A stretch of DNA of 62,000 nucleotides, from contig OX597822.1 of assembly GCA_951406725.2 (NCBI GenBank), positions 43,420,001-43,482,000 of the forward strand. Reading direction: 5' to 3'. This document shows positions 54,691-62,000 of the stretch, one piece after another; the first letter of the stretch is position 1, and the number at the start of each line of letters is the position of its first letter. The notes below the pieces were generated by a model. It was not told the origin of the DNA and did not search any database. It saw only the letters and a program-made list of their open reading frames with translations. The translations under genes and the position numbers were made by a program. This DNA comes from Octopus vulgaris (taxonomy: Eukaryota).

Positions 54691-56403
54691 AGTGTACCGC
54701 CTGGAAAGTTTTAGTCCAGCAAATCAAACTACTGCTCATTTTGAAGTCTGATAAATATTCTGCAAAGTTACGAGAAGGTAAACGAATCAGTTCTTTTTTT
54801 TATCAAGTTCTGTGGGGCACGAAGCAAAAACACAAAGTCAGACAGACAGACCCACATATGAAAGACATATAGAATAACTATGAGGCTTAAAAATAAGAAC
54901 TGAATAAGAAATGAAGTCAGTTTACTCCACTAAATAGTTCAAGGCGGTACCCCAGCATAGTCGCAGTCCAAAGACTGAAATAAGTAGATGAAAAATATAA
55001 AGGAAATTCTGTTCACTATATTCAAAATGAGATGACAAAGAAGAAGAGGAACACACAGAAAAGAGGAAAAATCACACAAATGATGTATACACGCTCACCC
55101 CTCATCACTTATGGACCAAACGCCGTTACAATTTCAACACGATATCAATAAAATTGTTCAAGTTGGTGGCGTCAACACTAAAAAGCTGCCGGGGTTATAA
55201 ATCAGCGAAAATGTAGGACAGAACGAGACAAGCACGAACAAACAACAAAGTACAAACAAGAAAGGAGGAAAAACGATTTTGATTCATTCAATATTATATT
55301 AAAACTAAAGTGGTAGCGGTTGTCCGGAAAATATAAGTGTGGGTTCTGAGATTTTTGGAAAATCGTTTAATGGGTTCCACAATGAAATCAGTTGGTAACT
55401 TCTGTAGTAGGTGATTGGTCTGACTCAATTAAATGCCATTGAAGCTTCACCATTTATTACATAGTTGTTACGTTAGAGTTAATATAGTTTGAGTAGACTT
55501 ATTGATTAAATGTTTTATACGGATGAAATCTAGGGTGCTTCATACAGTTTATTAACTGTTTCTAAGTAAGAAAAAGAAGATAAGAAAGTAGGAGGGGGGA
55601 GTAAGAAAGAAGGAAAGAGAGAAAGTGTGAGGCGGGAGGAAAGGGAAAAAAGGGAGAAATGAAAAGGCGAGAATAAAAAGGAACTAAAATGATTTTTAAA
55701 AAGAAAAAAAAGATTAATAAAGAAAAGTAAAATAGCAGAAGTAAGAACACCAACAAAAAGAAGAGAATTAACAGAGGATCAGTCATTCAAATTTTGCCCC
55801 GAAGTATTATTATATGGAGAGGCAGGGAGATAGGAAGAGCGAGGATGAGAGCGGGAGAAAGTGAGACCGAGGAAAAGGAACAGAAAGAGGGAGAGAGAGA
55901 GAATGAGAGAAGAGAGTGAGAGAAAAACTAAGTCAGTTATACTGGAACAATTTGTTTACGATCACAGCTATCAACATATCAAGTTATCGTCGATATCTAA
56001 ACCTTGAATCAAAATGGCGAAACTTCACTTTTTCGGCTTTTTATTTTTTTTCTACGTGGAAGGCGACAGAGATCAAATTACGTCATTTGATCCGCTATCT
56101 AATTTTTTTACCATGTTTTCAAACCTTCAAGTCATTTAATATTATATTAATATAATGAAGATCTTCTGATCGTTTATTATGTGTGATTATATGTATGTAC
56201 GTACACACGAACATACACGTAAATGTATGTGTATGAATGAATGTATGTGTGTATGTATGCGTCTACATGTGGCTTTAGATCACGACATTTATTTCTGTGT
56301 GTGTGTATAAAAGTAAAGTACGTGTCTGTGTATGTATACATGCGTGTGAGTGCATTTATGTCTGTATATATATATATATACATATGTATACACATATTCA
56401 CCC

Positions 56404-56494
<91 letters not shown>

Positions 56495-56785
56495 GTCTAC
56501 CTGCCTGTCTATATGTCTATCTATCCATATATATATATATATACATGTGCAGAAACAGAAAGATGGTTATTTGTGTACACCTAAACGTGTGACTAGTTGA
56601 TAGGTGTAAAAAAATAACGACGAAAGCTTGTAGTCTAATGAAAAACATCCGCCTTGTTAAAGGCGATGGTTTTGAAGTTGCTGGTGGTGGTGGGGCGGAG
56701 TGTCAATGATAATAATAATGAGGATAATGAAAGGAGGGAAGGGCTGAGGTGGTGTTGCTTTTGATGCTGGTGGTGATGATGTTAT

Positions 56786-56903
<118 letters not shown>

Positions 56904-56930
56904 ATATATATATATATATATGTATATATA

Positions 56931-57026
<96 letters not shown>

Positions 57027-57373
57027 GCGGAATTGAAAATTAGGTCAATCAAGAATCGGATATCGAGGAATATGAGCGGAATGTTTATAATAATGGCCGT
57101 TTGTAACTATTTGTTGTTGCTGTTGTTTTAATCTGACTCTATTATGAGCGAATGCATTACAACAATGAATATCTCGTCTTTTTATAATCCTATTCGTTTT
57201 TGATCAAAATTAGCGGCTCCGATTTATATTACACAATGTAACACGGTGTTTGTTCTAGGGTAGCAACTGTTATTTCCTATTTGCTCACCCATAGAAAGTA
57301 TAGAAATAGCTCGCTTTTCCTTCAAAATTTGTTTTTGTTTCATTTACTAAAATCCCAAAGATTCCTCTCTCAT

Positions 57374-57530
57374 CACATGGCTACGATGCTTCCCCCACTA
57401 CTTCTGCTCGTGAGCAGAGATGCACATATTGTCAGCCACGGAGGGGCAGGCTCAAGTGGTTACGGTCAAGCAACTGATACACAAATCTGTAGTATTGAAC
57501 AGAATGTTTGCTGTAACGATATTTCTGCTT
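57374..57530 (-). mobile_element. Internal fragment of element T, inverted
   Basis: rc of ~50790-50945. Confidence 0.75.
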
Positions 57531-57875
57531 TAGCAAATCAGCACTAAATCTGACTGAAATATAATGGAAAATAGATCAATTTCAAAACATTGATGTCAGA
57601 TCACAGTAGCAAAGTTTGAAGGGAATAGTAGTCATTTCCTTTGATTTTTAGATAGAATCAAATAGGAAATAACAATTACTGACCAAAATAATTATTGGGT
57701 GTCAGGAAAGTTCATGCCAATTTATAGTAGCTTACCTTTCGAATTATTTTAGAACATGGTTGAGTCCAGAAAATAGGATTTGACTATATCTCCATTTAGA
57801 GCACAGTTTAAGCTATCTTTTCGTGGAAGAAGGTCTATGTTCCTATAATCTGTGTTAATTCTGTAACCATTTAAA

Positions 57876-58261
57876 ATGGGAGATAAGAAAGTTCATTTTC
57901 GGCACTTGATGCTTTGGGAACCAGACAAAAATTGCTGCTGCTCAGCTGGGATGTGTTACCCCACCCTCCATATTCACCAGGTATTGCTCCTTCGGATTTC
58001 CACTTATTCAGGTCTCTGCAGAATAGTCTTAATGATAAAAATTTCAATTCCTTAGAAGACATAAAAAGATACCTTGATGAATTCTTTGCCAAGAAGCCAC
58101 CTCAATTCTGGGAAGAGGGTATTTTCAAGTTAAAGGCAAGATGGAGACGCATCGTGCAACAAAATGGTTTATATTTGGTTGATTAAAATTGTAATGGCAA
58201 GTATTTATAGACCTTTTTCTTTCCTTTAAAAGTCGGTACGAAATTTCCGGACAACCTAATA
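57876..58261 (+). mobile_element. mariner (DD34D) element, internally deleted, with right TIR
   Basis: N-terminus MGDKKVHFRHLML joined to LPHPPYSPGIAPSDFHLFRSLQN...WRRIVQQNG; ends TTTCCGGACAACCTAATA. Confidence 0.85.
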
Positions 58262-60139
58262 AATAAAGAAAAGACTGTGTTATCCAAACTTTCTCCTTTT
58301 AAAAGGCCGCAAAATGTTCTTTGGGGCAAAGAAGCTTTTAGAATAAAAGTATGTATGACTAACAGGAAGCTCAAGTGATAAACGATGCGTTTGAGAAGAG
58401 AAGCAGGTGACACGTGTTAAGGTCTTGACTGAGAATCGTCGACCTGAAAGTTCACCCAAGTAATGACAATGGATATATTTACAGAAAAGAGAACTGAGCT
58501 GCATTCCGACAATGAGCCAAAAAGAAAGAAGAGGAGCTACCGGTCATAACTCAATTCGCAATTCGAAGAAACAAAATACTCACAGGAAGAGTTAATAATT
58601 TCTAGTTTATAAGATTATCTTTGGCGACTTAAGTTGCTGTGACTTTCATCCTGTACCACAATCAATCATACTCCAGGCTCAGCTTTGTGTCCACACCTCA
58701 GACAGTGTTTAGATTTCTCATTGTTTATTTTCTAATTTATTAAATTTGTTTTTATGCATTTTCATATGTTGACCGTTTTAGAATGATATTTTGTAGTTTC
58801 GTATACTGTATAGTTTTTAGCTTTTTCGCAATTTCATCGTTGATTTCCTCTCTTTTCACAGCTGTCTGTTACTTCAGCTACTGTTTTATATTTGTTGGCT
58901 TCCCAGAAGACAAAAAACTTTTGTTTTGTATGTGTTTTGTAGCTATTTGTAATAATTTTCAATTTATTTTTTTGCTATTGTTCTTTACAAAGCGCAGCTG
59001 AAGAAAAAAGCATTTCTATTTGAATGAGTTTCTTCAAGGAGATTCCATTTGAAACACTTTGGATGTCTCTTCACACCGGGAATGACATGAGGTTTGTTTG
59101 TTTTGGATACTTTTTAACATAAATTTATTTTGTTTAGATTCAACTTAAAATGGCTTCTTGCCAAAAGGAAGAAAACCCCACCCAACAAGATATTTGAAAT
59201 CAACACATCAGCATAGAAGAAAAGAAAGAATAGAAATTTAATTACACAGCAGAACATCGGTATTCAACACGGAAAACTTAATGACCTTTTGACATATAAT
59301 AATGATATTAATTGGAAAAATTTCAACGATATAATTAACAAAAACGACAACAATAATGAATAACAACAATGCAAACTCTTAGTTTGCCAAATGAAGAAAA
59401 AAAGGAAAAAATAAGTCAAGCGACAAAAGTAGGATTGTCTGTTTTTCTTTTGCTCATGCTGCTAATGATACAGAATTGCTGGATATATATTCTCTGAGAC
59501 AAAATATGCTTGGAAGTATTGCGTGACCAGAGAGGGTGCTTCTCTACCTGAGATTTTCATCCAAGATTGAGAAAAGAATGCCTGTAGAGGATTGCATGCT
59601 AGATTTAAAAAAACTAAGAACGATTGAAGAAGAAAACTGTGTTTGTTCCCTTCAAACCTACCCATAGACTAATGTTAAAATATGCGTAATAACGTAATAG
59701 GAGTGACAAAATGGTGGAAGTTGGCAATGATGGTGGATCGCTGGTATGTTTGTAGGCTAGCAAATCCGCCACTATATAAGTTATAAACTGTTATGGCAAT
59801 GAAGAACTCACTTGAAATCACCGTCGGAAATAAATAAAAATAGTCAAATCTCGCTGAAACAAACTTTGCGAAGACGATAATACGGAGCTCAACAGCATCC
59901 ACTAACCTCCACCCTCCGCCTCAAAATTGCTACGCGTCTGCCTAAAAACTGGCAGAGATGAAAGAATATATGATAATTAGGGTTTTTCTGGTATTTGATG
60001 TTTAAGAGTGTCATTTGTTATTACATTCAAAGCCCCGATGGTTTCAAGTACGGATGTCGTTCTTAGAATCCTCATTTTAAAACCGCTAATTTAAGGTCAG
60101 TTTATTTACTTAGCTTTTCCAATGATTTTACAAAATTGT

Positions 60140-60600
60140 TGGCGTCTCCTGGGATTGATTTATCGCGGAAGTGTCAGCAGATGGAACTGTTGGAGGTCCA
60201 CGTTTTGCGACGAAACCATATTGCTTTTACTCACGTAGCGTCCAAGCATTTATGACTCGTTGAGTTATGTCGAACAGCTGTCATCGCATGCAGGAAGAAA
60301 CTGACTTTCGGCCGAGTCCATTATGAGGACTGCTCTGACACCTTTAAAAAGGCAGAACAGGCGGTGTTCCTCTCTCTATTGGCTATAGTTGTGTGACAGA
60401 CGAGGCTAAAATTACTGAAGAAAGTCACTTTTGTTCTTCGGCGGAGCTCTCATCGTTATCATAAAGAAAGTGCTCTCTTTCTCTCTCTCTCAGTGGGTTT
60501 GTCAAAAAGTGGGTGATTGTGGCAAAAGAAAGGTTTCAGTGAAAGGTGCTACTCTTAGCATGCACCTGTAGATTGGATGAAAATTCATGACTTTGTTGGT
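60140..60600 (+). mobile_element. Old Tx1/L1-type ORF2 C-terminal relic
   Basis: DETI...YVEQLSS...LSAESIM, KKAEQAVFLSLLAI, SGFVKKWVIVAK parallel the sequences at 36760-37230. Confidence 0.55.
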
Positions 60601-60939
60601 CAGGGTAATTCTGGATCTATGGATCCTGTGATTGCCCTTAGTTGGAATGTATCAGAAGGACTGCATCATTCGTGTTATATACTGTAAATATGTATAATGA
60701 TATGTATTCTTCTATCACATTTCATCATCTTTCCCGCTTTCTTTCTCCTCAGCGTTTATATAACCCACCACCCATAAATTGAAGATCGTCCTTGTCATGT
60801 GCCCCTCATGTATGCCCCTGTGGAACATAAAAGAAATCATCATCATACAAAGATAACAAACAAAAAAACAAAAACAATTGCAGTGTGGAAGCTGTTTATA
60901 AGCCATTTAAGAAACACAAAAAAAACGTTAGATTCACTT

Positions 60940-61860
60940 CAACATTTAAATTTAATTTGCCAAAATATTTTCGTCAATTTGAGACCGCGACCTGTTCACT
61001 GACACAATACCGTGCTGTTTTCGTTCCAGCACACGATCTTAGATCAGGTCACTTGCTATGCAAGTACATCTCCGTAATTCCCAAAACACAAAAAGGAAAC
61101 TCTTTTATAAAGAGTAATTTTTATATTTGCTTGTTGCAAGGTCAGTGACTGGTTGTCACTTATTTTCTATACACTACAAGCTGGAGCGAACTACTGCCGT
61201 ATGTAGCGGACGGGTATCCACCACCGAGAAGGATGAGCACAAAAAGCTCGAAATCGTATGGTTTGGTGGTCGTGTCGCTTGAAAATATTAGGGGTTCGCT
61301 CCCCTGCTTGTAATATATATTGGGTGCAGATTGCCTCGAATAGCCATTCTTCTTTAAATCTTCTTTGTGTCTTGCTTGTGTCATCATGGCCTCCTCAAAT
61401 ACTTTCACTCCACTTCACTCCTGGCGGGGTTAAAATGGTAGTAACGTCAGTTCCTACAGGACAGCCATATTGAAGTGGCGATAAACATTTTTTGTCAGTA
61501 CAGTTACTATTTTCATCTTTTATAGAAATTTTCTAAAGTTTTTATATTTATTTTCACTTTACATAAGTACATCCTAAAATATTTGTTAGTCTCTCATACA
61601 ATTAAATTTACAATCTCGTTATTGAAAAGTGCCGTAAAATATTCACTTCCCTTTGCATCCGGCATGAGCATAAATTCATTTGTGATTTCCACATTGCACA
61701 AATGTACATCAATTAATGGCCTCCGCTGTTCTCTAATGAAACTTCAATTGTTAATGTCCGCCACTTACGACTGAATCCAAGACAGCGTGTCTGATTCCAC
61801 TTGTATCATATTCCATACAATAACGGCTGTAATTCTTCTGTAGATTCCAGCCATTGAGTG
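60940..61860 (-). mobile_element. Possible piggyBac-like transposase relic
   Basis: SEYFTALFNNEIVNLIV*ETNKY (~61650..61580) and TLIKEFPFCVLGITEMYLHSK*PDLRS (~61110..61030) resemble successive N-terminal piggyBac blocks. Confidence 0.45.
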
Positions 61861-61884
61861 AATGGAAGCTTAGGTTACAATATA

Positions 61885-62000
61885 CAGGGTGATTCAAAAG
61901 TCACCATACATAGGAAAAAAATTTTTGTAGGAAACAGTTAAATAAAAAAAAAACTATTTATAATTAAAAAGTAAATTGCTCTTATGTATGGCGACTTTTG
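61885..62000. mobile_element. Short Tc1/mariner-type MITE, cut by the window edge
   Basis: TA-CAGGGTGATTCAAAAGTCACCATACATA; inverted partner TATGTATGGCGACTTTTG at 61983-62000. Confidence 0.8.

Noticed and set aside
55318-55330. GGTTGTCCGGAAA as the left TIR partner of the mariner at 57876-58261
   Set aside because: Only 13 bp match, 2.5 kb away, no TA-flanked full TIR

Overview
Eukaryotic, AT-rich, repeat-saturated genomic DNA. No prokaryotic features, CRISPR array, rRNA or credible tRNA gene is visible. The SINE families and the extreme microsatellite load suggest a coleoid cephalopod (octopus-like); this is an inference. Most ORFs in the supplied track are translations of microsatellites. 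I found no intact protein-coding gene. Recognisable coding sequence is all decayed transposon: CR1-type LINE 3' ends, Tx1/L1-type ORF1 and ORF2 pieces, several R4/Dong-type RT-RLE elements, maT/mariner and piggyBac-like relics, plus Helitron-like and MITE elements and four tRNA-headed SINE families. The most interesting structure is a set of retroelements tied to specific microsatellites. (1) A same-strand cluster of R4/Dong-type elements and an unexplained ~555-bp non-coding element sits in or beside (TAA)n arrays at 43-54 kb. (2) Tx1-like 3' ends are flanked on both sides by (TATC)n. (3) SINE tails resemble the 3' ends of LINEs present in the same window. (4) There are four Penelope-type hammerhead-ribozyme-like cores. 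A few strongly splice-flanked segments on the minus strand (13-30 kb) may be exons of a host transcript, but this is unproven. All alignments and translations were done by eye, so identities and boundaries are approximate.
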